Shown here: positions 45,773 to 54,519 of the stretch, piece after piece | How positions within the stretch are numbered: the first letter of the stretch is position 1 | Layout: every line of letters begins with the position of its first letter | Translations under genes and position numbers: made by a program | Notes under the pieces: model-generated | What the model was told of the DNA's origin: nothing | Seen by the model: only the letters and a program-made list of their open reading frames with translations | Database searches by the model: none | Source of the DNA: a virus | Reading direction: 5' to 3' (one strand) | IMG/VR virus record: IMGVR_UViG_3300035199_001057 | Span: 1-64,000 of that record | DNA length: 64,000 bases

Positions 45773-47955
45773 GTGCGCTGCTCATTTGAATCCGGCATCG
45801 TGCCTTCTTTGGCTTTCTCTTTTTTGGCCTTCGGTGGTTTGCCGAGAACGAGCGCGTTTTTGTGGCCGGTCAACTCTCCGAGCTTGGCTCTTAGTAGGGA
45901 ATTCCGCTTGGACCAGGGGGTCGTGGACCAAAATAGCTTGTTTGCTGATAGTCTTGTGGTGTTGCGAGTGCCCGGGCCGAAGAGGTCATATAGTTGTACC
46001 ATGGTCTGACCCGTTAACGGTTTGCCGCTGATGTCTTTAATGGAAGGAACATGCCAGACGCACATGCGCGCCCACTTTTCTTTTACCTTCTCCCAACTGC
46101 CCAGAACCAGGCACAACTCTTCCGCATAAACTGTTTTGCCCCCTGTCAAGGGCTTCACGGTCTTTTTGTCAGGATCCTTCATATCCGGAATCACCGACGG
46201 CATGTTGTTTTGAAAGTGCCACCATTCGGTTTTACGATAATGCATAAATTGTTCGCCGGCTGCGAGTTTCCTGACGTTTCCTGTTTTGCCGCGGCTGCCC
46301 TTCCCGGGAGGGATGCTATCAAAACCATTCTCCTTGGCGAGAGCGGTAAAACTAAAGCATAAGACGCGCTGCTCGATGGTCGTAAATGACATTACGCCGC
46401 CGGCGCCGGTACGGGGCACAATAACGTCCAACTTGCGCCACCCTATATCTGTAATGTCAACCGGTGCGTCCCATGCGCCTCCCGACAATTTGTCCCAATA
46501 ATTCAGTTGGCCTTCGCTCTTCATTTTAGCCATTTTGGCTTGATGCTCGGCGACATTTTTTTTCTTTTGCTTCGACGACACTCCTTTCTCCGTCTTGAGA
46601 AATTCCGCATACACGTCGTCGGCCAGCCAGTCGTCATCATTGAATTCATCCAGCGACGGCCGCGGTTTCGCCGCGGCGCCCATCCCGACCGTTGCTCCTT
46701 CCCATGGTTGCTCCGTTGGCTCTTGTACGGCAACTGGCTTGGTGTCCAACATGTTGTAGCCTTCCTTGCACCAGGCTTTCTTTGGCCCTTTTAATGTAGC
46801 TTGTACTTTGCAAGCGCCCGGGAGATCCCACGCGTGGTCGGCCTTGAGCAGCTGTATCGCTTCGGCGGCGTCCTTCCAGGCGCCTTCGGCTTGGGTGGCC
46901 TTCGTCCATTCGGCTGCTATTCGTGGATTTATAACCTGGCACCACGTGTGCCACCGATTTTCCTCGTTTTCATCTACCGTTATAATAAAGGGCATCTTGT
47001 CGGCCCACGTTCTGTCTTTGTATACGTAGGGGGCTGCGGCGCCTGTCTTCTTTGCGCGAGTGCTATGAAACGGCGCGGAGGCCATATTCAAGTCGATGGC
47101 TCGGCCGAGATGGTGAAAAGAAAAGAAGCCTTCTCCGGGGCCTTGCGGATTTCGGGCCGTTGATGAGCGACCGATTCCAGCAGTGGTGAAAACTCCACCT
47201 CGCGCCTTTACTTCTTTGTAAAGCTTTACGAAGTGGGGGATAATATCCTTGCGGAACCAGTTCTGGCCGGCTTTCTGGCTTGTCTGCCCCAAAAAGTAGG
47301 GGGATGATGGGGCAACCCCGCTAGCGGCGAGGGAATCGGAAGCATCCGCAATTCCAATAAAGCCCGGATGTGGAGGATCAACCGCGGCCACCTGCGCGTC
47401 TGCTTCCGCCTGTGTTAACGGCTTGTCGGGCTGAGCGGCGGGGGCCTGCGGGGTCGCTGTCATCGATTCTTGGGCTACGGCGGTGTCCCCTGGCGGCCCA
47501 TCGCGGGTTACTTTAAGAAGCGTTGGCCCGGAAAAGCTTTTCATGTTTTTAAAGGTCACTTCAACTTCGGATCCCACTCTAATTCCACCCTGCGGAGTTG
47601 CCATACCATCGAGTTTATCGACCGGCGCGTAAAACGTTGGATAACAGCTGATCCGCGGAAAATCATCGGCCGCGGCCGGCACTGGAAGAAATGTATGAAC
47701 CTCGGGAATGCGGGCGATAACCCGTACGTGTTCCTTGGAACTTATGGTGACATTATCCAACTGAAGCAAGACTACTGCCTTAAACTGAGTCTGGCTATTA
47801 AGTTTGTTCGGCTCAAAAGTTTCGATCATTGACTGTCGAAGCTGCTTAAAAGAATTAGCTAATTTGGGATCTAGGAGCGGTTGGTCTTCCAGAGCCACGT
47901 GGATTGAATCATTGATGGTGGAATTAAAAATTCCGCCGAGGGCGTCATCAGGCAT
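45769..47955 (-). CDS. Baseplate hub-like protein with M15-type zinc peptidoglycan peptidase
   Basis: OB-fold-like N-terminus (VIARIPEVH..VGSEVEVTF); SFHHLGRAID (SxHxxGxAxD) and EWWH motifs. Confidence 0.7.
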   Translation of the reverse strand: MPDDALGGIFNSTINDSIHVALEDQPLLDPKLANSFKQLRQSMIETFEPNKLNSQTQFKAVVLLQLDNVTISSKEHVRVIARIPEVHTFLPVPAAADDFPRISCYPTFYAPVDKLDGMATPQGGIRVGSEVEVTFKNMKSFSGPTLLKVTRDGPPGDTAVAQESMTATPQAPAAQPDKPLTQAEADAQVAAVDPPHPGFIGIADASDSLAASGVAPSSPYFLGQTSQKAGQNWFRKDIIPHFVKLYKEVKARGGVFTTAGIGRSSTARNPQGPGEGFFSFHHLGRAIDLNMASAPFHSTRAKKTGAAAPYVYKDRTWADKMPFIITVDENEENRWHTWCQVINPRIAAEWTKATQAEGAWKDAAEAIQLLKADHAWDLPGACKVQATLKGPKKAWCKEGYNMLDTKPVAVQEPTEQPWEGATVGMGAAAKPRPSLDEFNDDDWLADDVYAEFLKTEKGVSSKQKKKNVAEHQAKMAKMKSEGQLNYWDKLSGGAWDAPVDITDIGWRKLDVIVPRTGAGGVMSFTTIEQRVLCFSFTALAKENGFDSIPPGKGSRGKTGNVRKLAAGEQFMHYRKTEWWHFQNNMPSVIPDMKDPDKKTVKPLTGGKTVYAEELCLVLGSWEKVKEKWARMCVWHVPSIKDISGKPLTGQTMVQLYDLFGPGTRNTTRLSANKLFWSTTPWSKRNSLLRAKLGELTGHKNALVLGKPPKAKKEKAKEGTMPDSNEQRT

Positions 47956-48260
47956 TAGTTATTATCTCCTTGGATGATGTCAAGTAAATCCTCTTTGTCG
48001 CTTTCATCTAGGGCGGCCGGCGCACTTTGATTTTTGTTCAGTATAGAAGTGAGCTTAACAAGCTGTTCGTTGGAACGTTGGAGGGTTTCCACATATTTGG
48101 ACGCGATGAGTCCCAAGTTCTTGTGTGTTTCAATATCGTTATTTTTCTTTAGCTCTTGGAACAGATCTGTCAAGAGCGCTGATGTGATCGCGCGATCGTT
48201 GCGAATATTGGCAATTGCCTCTTCTAGATATTCCTCTAGGTCTTTTATATCTCGTCCCAC
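47955..48260 (-). CDS. Hypothetical helical protein
   Basis: 101-aa ORF overlapping both neighbours. Confidence 0.6.
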   Translation of the reverse strand: MGRDIKDLEEYLEEAIANIRNDRAITSALLTDLFQELKKNNDIETHKNLGLIASKYVETLQRSNEQLVKLTSILNKNQSAPAALDESDKEDLLDIIQGDNN

Positions 48261-48937
48261 CCTTTTTTAAACTCCCTATATCTTTTTCTTATGCGATTTA
48301 AAGAGCTTACGACTTGTTTGGTGTTTAAGCCGGTTATCTCTCGTATGTATAGATAAATAGCTTTTTTGTTAAAAATTTCTATTTTTTCAGCGTCATCAAA
48401 AAGAACTTGAATTGCTTGTACTGTTTTCTTTTCATTAGGTTTCAAGGGAAGGGTGTGCCACGAGTCGATTTCTTTTTTAAGATTGAGAAAAAATTCTAAT
48501 TTGATGCTATCTTCAATAATTGTATTCTGTTCAATCAAAGAAGGATCTGTCTTTTCATCTCCTGATCTTTTGTCGATATAGAAGTCTTCAAGCAAGATCT
48601 CTTTGCGGGCCTTTTTGCTCGTTTTCTTCACTTGAGCAATAAACCAATTTTTAGTAACGACACTAAAATAAGTGAATGCCTTGGAGCCCTTATTGGGATC
48701 ATATTTATTTAAAATGGTAATTAGCCAATTTTTACAATCGTCCCGAAGGGCTTCCGAGTTGGGCAACGTGTTGAATTTATAGGTAAAAACGATTTTATCA
48801 ACCATTTCATCGAAGACCGGTCCAATAAATTCCTTATATAAATCGTTACGAAGCTTAGAGTCCTCAGTATTACAATACGCTACTATGGCATCTTCATGAT
48901 CTTGCGTAAAATAATAATTTTTTCTTTTACGCGTCAT
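48245..48937 (-). CDS. Phage RNA polymerase sigma factor (late sigma-like)
   Basis: Region 2-like LNKYDPNKGSKAFTYFSVVTKNWF; C-terminal HTH-like YIREITGLNTKQVVSSL. Confidence 0.7.
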   Translation of the reverse strand: MTRKRKNYYFTQDHEDAIVAYCNTEDSKLRNDLYKEFIGPVFDEMVDKIVFTYKFNTLPNSEALRDDCKNWLITILNKYDPNKGSKAFTYFSVVTKNWFIAQVKKTSKKARKEILLEDFYIDKRSGDEKTDPSLIEQNTIIEDSIKLEFFLNLKKEIDSWHTLPLKPNEKKTVQAIQVLFDDAEKIEIFNKKAIYLYIREITGLNTKQVVSSLNRIRKRYREFKKGWDEI

Positions 48938-49247
48938 CTATTTCTTCCTCTAGGTCTTCGCCTTCTTCATCATCCTGATAAAGATAAAACGTCCTAAAAT
49001 TGTCGCACTCTTGTGAGAGTACTTTCGAGTGTTCTAGCAGATTGGAAAGTGTGGGGTCGCCCATAAAGTTCTCCATATTGTAAACAACATCAACATGTTC
49101 AGCATATTCATGAATCTTTTCAATCAGATCGTCAAGCTGCCGCTGAAAATTTAAGAACCGCCTTAGTAGCTGGATTATGTACCAAATTAAAACAAAGTTT
49201 AACAAGGCGGAAAAGCACAATAATATTGCTGTAAAGTCTATTGTCAT
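48927..49247 (-). CDS. Membrane-anchored hypothetical protein
   Basis: N-terminal TM helix, coiled coil, acidic tail. Confidence 0.6.
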   Translation of the reverse strand: MTIDFTAILLCFSALLNFVLIWYIIQLLRRFLNFQRQLDDLIEKIHEYAEHVDVVYNMENFMGDPTLSNLLEHSKVLSQECDNFRTFYLYQDDEEGEDLEEEIDDA

Positions 49248-49492
49248 CGTTTCTTCTCTAACTCCTTCATTTGCGCGGCTAAATCTACTTTTGAATTCTC
49301 TATAAACTCCTTCGTTACATCTCCCGTTCGCTTTTTAATGATTTTTGGCTTAGAGAGATTGGTGAACGAAGTGGGTATTCTGTTTACGTTCTTGCCGGCG
49401 CATAAAGCACAACATTCGCATGTTTCAGACATAGTATGCCGTACTTTAAACGTTTCTTCGCAGTCCACGCACTCATAGAGATAAATGGGCAT
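49244..49492 (-). CDS. FmdB-family zinc ribbon protein
   Basis: MPIYLYECVDC...CALC. Confidence 0.8.
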   Translation of the reverse strand: MPIYLYECVDCEETFKVRHTMSETCECCALCAGKNVNRIPTSFTNLSKPKIIKKRTGDVTKEFIENSKVDLAAQMKELEKKR

Positions 49493-49732
49493 TTAAGCCC
49501 CCTCAGATACCTTATCCTCGTCAAGCTCTGACGCTGCAGCCTCGAACTGCTCTGAAGTGTGTTCATTAAATTTAACCAGTGGCGGGTTAATTACGACAAG
49601 GCCTTCTTCGCTCTGCTTCACTTTAAAAGCCTCAAATACGGGTACAATATCCGTTTGTTCCATGAGGCTCTTTTGTAGGGCCATCATAATGGCACCAATT
49701 GCTTGTTTTGATAATTTCATTTCTTGTGACAT
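49493..49732 (-). CDS. Hypothetical protein
   Basis: ATG at 49732 with GGAGG SD at 49738-49742. Confidence 0.6.
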   Translation of the reverse strand: MSQEMKLSKQAIGAIMMALQKSLMEQTDIVPVFEAFKVKQSEEGLVVINPPLVKFNEHTSEQFEAAASELDEDKVSEGA

Positions 49733-49733
49733 A

Positions 49734-50468
49734 CTATCCTCCAATTTCGTTGAGTATGAATTTTTCCAGTTTAGAGATGCTGTAGCTCTCTGATTCTAGA
49801 TCGGTTGACACCACCAAATCCGCGGCGACAGGTTCGTCAAACGCATCGGAAATGCCGGTGAAATTGTGTACTTTGTTCGGGTCGCCATCGGGCAAGATGG
49901 CCCGGGCGTAAAGCCCTTTGGTGTCGCGTCGTTTAAGCTCTTCTACATTGCAATGAATATAAACTAATTTGGACTGGGGGGTTGACTGGCGCACGTGTTG
50001 GCGAGTGGTGTTATAAGGATTGATGGCTGACATGATACAGACCACGTTGTTGCGTCCTAAAACTTTTCCAACAAAGGAGAGTCTTTTAATGTTCTCTTCG
50101 CGATCTTTTCGCGAGAAGCCCAAGTCCTTGCAAAGGTTATCTCGATATTCATCCCCGTCGATCACTTCTACCTTGATGCCGCGCGATTTTAAACGTTGCG
50201 CGGCCGCGCGGGCTAACGTAGTCTTCCCGGCGCCGGACATCCCTGTCATTTGTATATACAATCCCTTTGTTTTCCCCCAGCTTATCTTATTCCATGTACG
50301 CTCGTGAAGTGTAAATAGTCCTAACATTAAGAGATGATAGGCCAATGCGACCAGACCTGTCTTTGTGAGCGAACCTGTGGCAGCATAAGTCAGTGCCGAG
50401 AGGATTATAAGACCGAGAAACTTCCATGTGAGCGCTTTCGCAAAACTTCTTTTAGCGGAATCAATCAA
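49734..50468 (-). CDS. cysC: Adenylylsulfate (APS) kinase with N-terminal DUF2061-like membrane domain
   Basis: TGMSGAGKTT P-loop, DGDEYR, LGFSRKDR.ENI.R, RDTKGLY, FTGIS; N-terminal RS.AKALTW..HER.W; start reassigned to TTG at 50468 (GGAGG SD). Confidence 0.92.
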   Translation of the reverse strand: MIDSAKRSFAKALTWKFLGLIILSALTYAATGSLTKTGLVALAYHLLMLGLFTLHERTWNKISWGKTKGLYIQMTGMSGAGKTTLARAAAQRLKSRGIKVEVIDGDEYRDNLCKDLGFSRKDREENIKRLSFVGKVLGRNNVVCIMSAINPYNTTRQHVRQSTPQSKLVYIHCNVEELKRRDTKGLYARAILPDGDPNKVHNFTGISDAFDEPVAADLVVSTDLESESYSISKLEKFILNEIGG

Positions 50469-50802
50469 AAAGGTCCTCCATTGTCTTGCCCCAATTGGTA
50501 AAATGGTAAGCGCGGTCGTCGATATAGACCTTCGCTGGTACCTTAGTGTTCGTAATCTCCGCAAAATAAGAGTCTAGATCGTATTTTTTCAGCCATTCTT
50601 CAATAACTGGGACGCTACGGCTGGAAAAGACGACGAGACGGTAGCCCTCTTCTTTGAGGCGCTTAATGGCGTCAACTGCGCCTTCCATGGGGGGGTCATA
50701 GGCGTTATCCATTCCTTGCCAGCGTTTCGAATATCGATGAATCACTCCATCAAAGTCAATCGCGATGGTATTTTTCTTTACCTCATCATCAATTTCTTTC
50801 AT
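50461..50802 (-). CDS. Minimal HAD-family phosphatase
   Basis: IAIDFDGVIH motif I, FSSR motif II, K..YIDDRA motifs III/IV. Confidence 0.8.
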   Translation of the reverse strand: MKEIDDEVKKNTIAIDFDGVIHRYSKRWQGMDNAYDPPMEGAVDAIKRLKEEGYRLVVFSSRSVPVIEEWLKKYDLDSYFAEITNTKVPAKVYIDDRAYHFTNWGKTMEDLFD

Positions 50803-51638
50803 GCTTTCCTCCTGGATGTCGCACCTTCAATTTCTTCCCAATCAGCATTTTCTCTTACTTCGATGTTTTTTTGCCATGCCGCGCTTAAAAGGGTGGGGCT
50901 TACATTCACTTCCTTGAAAAAATTAATAAACGCGTTGATATCTTTAGGAAAACACTTGCCCCCAAAGCCAAGCTTTCCGTCGTGACCAGGGACGTCGACG
51001 TGAGAGTTTCCCACACGACCGTCGGACAAGAATCCGCACATTATATTTGGCCAATCAAGACCTAATTGGTCGGCGGCTTGCTTCATTTCATTCATATAAG
51101 AAATTTTAGTGGCGAAGAAACAATTACACATGTACTTTATAAATTCGGCAGATGTGCTATCAGTGCTAATAATGGGTGTGTGTTGGAATCGATCGCGATA
51201 TAGCGCCCTTACGCGGTCGCAGGCGTCTTCGGATCCGCCTATGATAATTCGTGAGGCGTTTATAAAATCCAAGCGAGCAGAACGTTCCGTAAGAAATTCT
51301 GGATTAAACACAATCTCAAAGTCTGGAAACTCTTGTGCTAGGAGTTCTGTGGTGCCGGGTACAACGGTCGATTTTAAAATAAAGATGGAGTTGGGGTTGG
51401 CAGGCGATGCGCGGCGGAAAACATCTCTCACAATGGATAGGTCGATTTTATTGCCGTTCTCCAGATTCATTGGAGTAGGCACGCATACAAAAACAAACTC
51501 GCAATTAAGCACCTCTTCTAAAGTGTGGAGGCTTTTTTTATCATCCGCATCATACACGCAAACATGCGCATGTAACGCATATGCGCTAGCGACTGCCGAA
51601 CCCACAAAGCCGTTTCCTATAATTCCAACGGTATACAT
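50799..51638 (-). CDS. UDP-glucose/GDP-mannose dehydrogenase family protein, short form
   Basis: GNGFVG, CVPTP, KSTVVPGT, FNPEFL, GFGGKCFPKD with catalytic Cys; only 279 aa. Confidence 0.88.
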   Translation of the reverse strand: MYTVGIIGNGFVGSAVASAYALHAHVCVYDADDKKSLHTLEEVLNCEFVFVCVPTPMNLENGNKIDLSIVRDVFRRASPANPNSIFILKSTVVPGTTELLAQEFPDFEIVFNPEFLTERSARLDFINASRIIIGGSEDACDRVRALYRDRFQHTPIISTDSTSAEFIKYMCNCFFATKISYMNEMKQAADQLGLDWPNIMCGFLSDGRVGNSHVDVPGHDGKLGFGGKCFPKDINAFINFFKEVNVSPTLLSAAWQKNIEVRENADWEEIEGATSRRKA

Positions 51639-51689
51639 TGTTCTATTTTATCCTATTTTTCAATATTTTTAAGACCTTGGATGCGGAAT

Positions 51690-51974
51690 TTACTTTAATT
51701 TGTCGGTCTTGAGGTAGGGATCATCACCATACATTTTAGTACTACCCTGTTGGTATAACTTTTGGAGGTCGCCAGTGGCCACCATATGGTTAACCACTTC
51801 ATCTATCTCTTGAATTAAATCATTTCTTTGAGAGTTTACCACATTGGTAATGCGGCATGCGTTCGCTATCTCTTTGTCTGTCGCATTTTTCTTGCGCTTA
51901 ATATCTTCAGCCGCCCATATGCGCAAATTGGTGATGGTAAGCTTGTCAATCAAGTTTCCTAAAGTATCTGCCAT
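51690..51974 (-). CDS. DUF4254-like helical protein
   Basis: TLGNLIDKLTI.NLRIW..ED..NSQRNDLI.EID; start reassigned to 51974 (AAGGA SD). Confidence 0.6.
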   Translation of the reverse strand: MADTLGNLIDKLTITNLRIWAAEDIKRKKNATDKEIANACRITNVVNSQRNDLIQEIDEVVNHMVATGDLQKLYQQGSTKMYGDDPYLKTDKLK

Positions 51975-51982
51975 TTTGTTCC

Positions 51983-52636
51983 TTATTCTTTTCTTTCCCA
52001 CACAGTGTTAAAATTGGCTGGTTCCGGGGTGCTATTATCCCAGAATTCATAAAATTTTCGCTCGTATATATTATAGTAGGGGTCGTCCTGAAATTTAAGG
52101 GGCTCATAGCCCCATTGAGCCAGGTGGTTGGTAGTATCATCGACTGAGAAATTGCCGTGGTGGACTGTTTCGGCCCGGATGTAGCGCGGCAAAATCTTTT
52201 CAAAATCTACGCCTTGCAAAAGGGGCAAATCTAGCCCTTCAATATCTATCTGCAGTAGCTCAAACTCGACTCCTATTAAATTATATTTCTCTAAAAGAGG
52301 GTAAAGTTCTAAATAGGGCACCTCAACACTCGTCGTTTTCGTGTTCAAGACGCTTGCTTGTTCGTGGGAATTGTGAGAGGGACGATTCGCGCGATAGTAC
52401 AACGGTATAGTCCCTGAATCGGCGTGTTTGGCTTGTAACTTGGGCGTCACAATGGCCACTTGTTCAAAAAAGCAATTCTGATATTGGGAATAATATTCCT
52501 TAAGCTTTTTAAAGCTGGCGGGGTGAGGCTCCACGAAGAGCCCTGAAAGGCCTGGCCGTTCCTCAAAGAGCGCCCACACCATATCACTATGCGATTTTCC
52601 CACATTTGCGCCGAGTTGTACCACGTCGATAGACAA
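51983..52636 (-). CDS. FkbM-family SAM methyltransferase
   Basis: QLGANVG, VEPHP, LLQIDIEGLD. Confidence 0.85.
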   Translation of the reverse strand: MSIDVVQLGANVGKSHSDMVWALFEERPGLSGLFVEPHPASFKKLKEYYSQYQNCFFEQVAIVTPKLQAKHADSGTIPLYYRANRPSHNSHEQASVLNTKTTSVEVPYLELYPLLEKYNLIGVEFELLQIDIEGLDLPLLQGVDFEKILPRYIRAETVHHGNFSVDDTTNHLAQWGYEPLKFQDDPYYNIYERKFYEFWDNSTPEPANFNTVWERKE

Positions 52637-52637
52637 T

Positions 52638-53873
52638 TCATTCTCTTCCTATCACTTCAAAGGCAGGGCATGGAACAATAAATTTGCCCCCCTGGTTTAA
52701 AAACGCTGCCTCCCTTTCTACAAATTCTTTGATGAAATGCCAGGGCAACACTAATAGATAGTCCGGTGAGGCCTCTCTCATCTCTTTTTCTGAAATAATA
52801 GGAATATTAGTTCCTACCGTGTATTTGCCAAACTTGGCTGGGCTGCGCTCAGCGATGGCCGTAATATCATCAGGCGTGAGGCCATAGTACTGAAGAAGCG
52901 TGTTACCCTTTGTAGAGGCTCCGTAACCATACACAGTCTTACCTTTGGCTATTTCTCCACGAATAAAATCAACTGTTTGCTTTTTCATCTTTTCTAATTT
53001 AGTGTAAAATTCTTTCCACACTTCCGGCTTGGAAATGTCGGAATGCTCTTGCTCATAAGCGAGGATGGTATTGACTCGAAACTCACACACGTCGCGCAAT
53101 GGCGTGGTGCCAAATGATGTTTCTTTGGCAATAGTTTTCTGAAGGTAGACTCGGCATGAGCCGCCGTTTGTGTCATTTAAAGAGCAGTCGACAATTTTAA
53201 ATCCATGGGGTTCTACTAGCTTTTTCATACTGTTGAGTGAAAAATAGTACACATGTTCATGGCAAATATTGTCAAAGGCCATTTGCTTAACCATCAGAGG
53301 GGTATAAGAGAGTTGAACCACCCAAACACCATCATCTTCTAGAATATTGTAAACGTCTTCAATGAAAGGGTTGGGGTCATCCAAATCATAGAACATGGCA
53401 ATCGTTGTTACCACCTTACATTTTTTATCCCCATAGCCGCTTTTTTGGTACGAACTGTAAGAAAAGTAGTCTTGAACAACGCTATCTGCCACCTGAGAAG
53501 ATAATTCAACAAAGGAGTCTTCAACTGGGTCAATGCCGACTTTGATAAATTCATCCGGAATAAATCTAAACATTGTTCCATCATTACATGCGATGTCCAG
53601 CCAAACATCGTCTTTTTGATATTTGATGCGGCTGCTGACTTCTTCGGCGATGTTCTTCAACTGGTTCGTCATCGAAGCGTTGGTTCCAGATCGATACCAA
53701 TATTTACCGTACATTTTGTCGGGATCTACCACTTGTGTGAGGCGGGGAGCCCCGATTTTTTCATCCATTACCAAAGTGAGAGCGGCTTTTTCTTTGCCCT
53801 CATATTCCTTATTAATGTCCGTTAAAAAGTCTGATATAAAATGGCTTCCTAGATCAAGTAGATTCTCTGTCAT
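52638..53873 (-). CDS. NDP-hexose 3-C-methyltransferase (EryBIII/TylC3/EvaC-like)
   Basis: LDIACNDG, HEHVYYFS, GGS.R, GYGASTKGNTLL, PDYLLVLPWHF. Confidence 0.88.
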   Translation of the reverse strand: MTENLLDLGSHFISDFLTDINKEYEGKEKAALTLVMDEKIGAPRLTQVVDPDKMYGKYWYRSGTNASMTNQLKNIAEEVSSRIKYQKDDVWLDIACNDGTMFRFIPDEFIKVGIDPVEDSFVELSSQVADSVVQDYFSYSSYQKSGYGDKKCKVVTTIAMFYDLDDPNPFIEDVYNILEDDGVWVVQLSYTPLMVKQMAFDNICHEHVYYFSLNSMKKLVEPHGFKIVDCSLNDTNGGSCRVYLQKTIAKETSFGTTPLRDVCEFRVNTILAYEQEHSDISKPEVWKEFYTKLEKMKKQTVDFIRGEIAKGKTVYGYGASTKGNTLLQYYGLTPDDITAIAERSPAKFGKYTVGTNIPIISEKEMREASPDYLLVLPWHFIKEFVEREAAFLNQGGKFIVPCPAFEVIGRE

Positions 53874-53874
53874 C

Positions 53875-54519
53875 TTAGTTTTCTCCTTTTATATAGAAAT
53901 CATTTATTTTCCAGCGTGCATCCTTTATATACCCAAACGCATTCAAATAAGTCTCAATTTGACCATCGTCATAGTTATCCTCTATTACCAATAAAGAAAC
54001 ATTCCACCTTTTCAGGTTTAAGCCTTTTAAGACGTCTAGTTCTGTGCCCTCGGTGTCAATTGATATGAAATCAATGTTGGTTCCTATGTCGGCGTCTTCT
54101 AAAATAGAATCTAGCGTTCTTACCTCGACAGGGATCTCGTAGGTATCGTTTATAAGGCCGCGGCCTTCGTGGTCGGCAACTAAGCGTTGATCGGGTTCGA
54201 GTCCACTAATTGAAGACATTATATTGTTTCTACCAATATCGTAGACCGTAAACATTACTTCTGAGGCGTTCTCTTTGCCGCAAGCGTACTGTACGGCCTC
54301 CTTACGAGTCTCTTCAACTAGTTTATAGTACTCCGGGTTGGGCTCTATACACAGCGCACGCCACCCTTTTTTCTCAAAGTACAGCGTGTTCGAGCCCCGC
54401 GTTCCGTTTGCGGCCCCAACTTCGACGCAATTGCCTCTTTCTTTCCCATGAAAGTAAAGTTCTATCAGCACGTCCGTGCTAAATTGCCCATGATATCCTT
54501 TGATGGGTTCATAATTCAT
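53875..54519 (-). CDS. FkbM-family SAM methyltransferase
   Basis: VEVGAANG, SNT..FE..GW, IEPNP, ISIDTEGTE. Confidence 0.88.
   Translation of the reverse strand: MNYEPIKGYHGQFSTDVLIELYFHGKERGNCVEVGAANGTRGSNTLYFEKKGWRALCIEPNPEYYKLVEETRKEAVQYACGKENASEVMFTVYDIGRNNIMSSISGLEPDQRLVADHEGRGLINDTYEIPVEVRTLDSILEDADIGTNIDFISIDTEGTELDVLKGLNLKRWNVSLLVIEDNYDDGQIETYLNAFGYIKDARWKINDFYIKGEN

Noticed and set aside
8306-47955. Bacterial contractile injection system or T6SS locus instead of a phage
   Set aside because: Interleaved with primase, resolvase, Mre11-Rad50 and a phage-type sigma factor; no T6SS membrane complex or host housekeeping genes
50469-50564. N-terminal extension of cysC in the ORF track
   Set aside because: Overlaps the HAD gene by about 100 nt; TTG at 50468 has a well-spaced GGAGG SD
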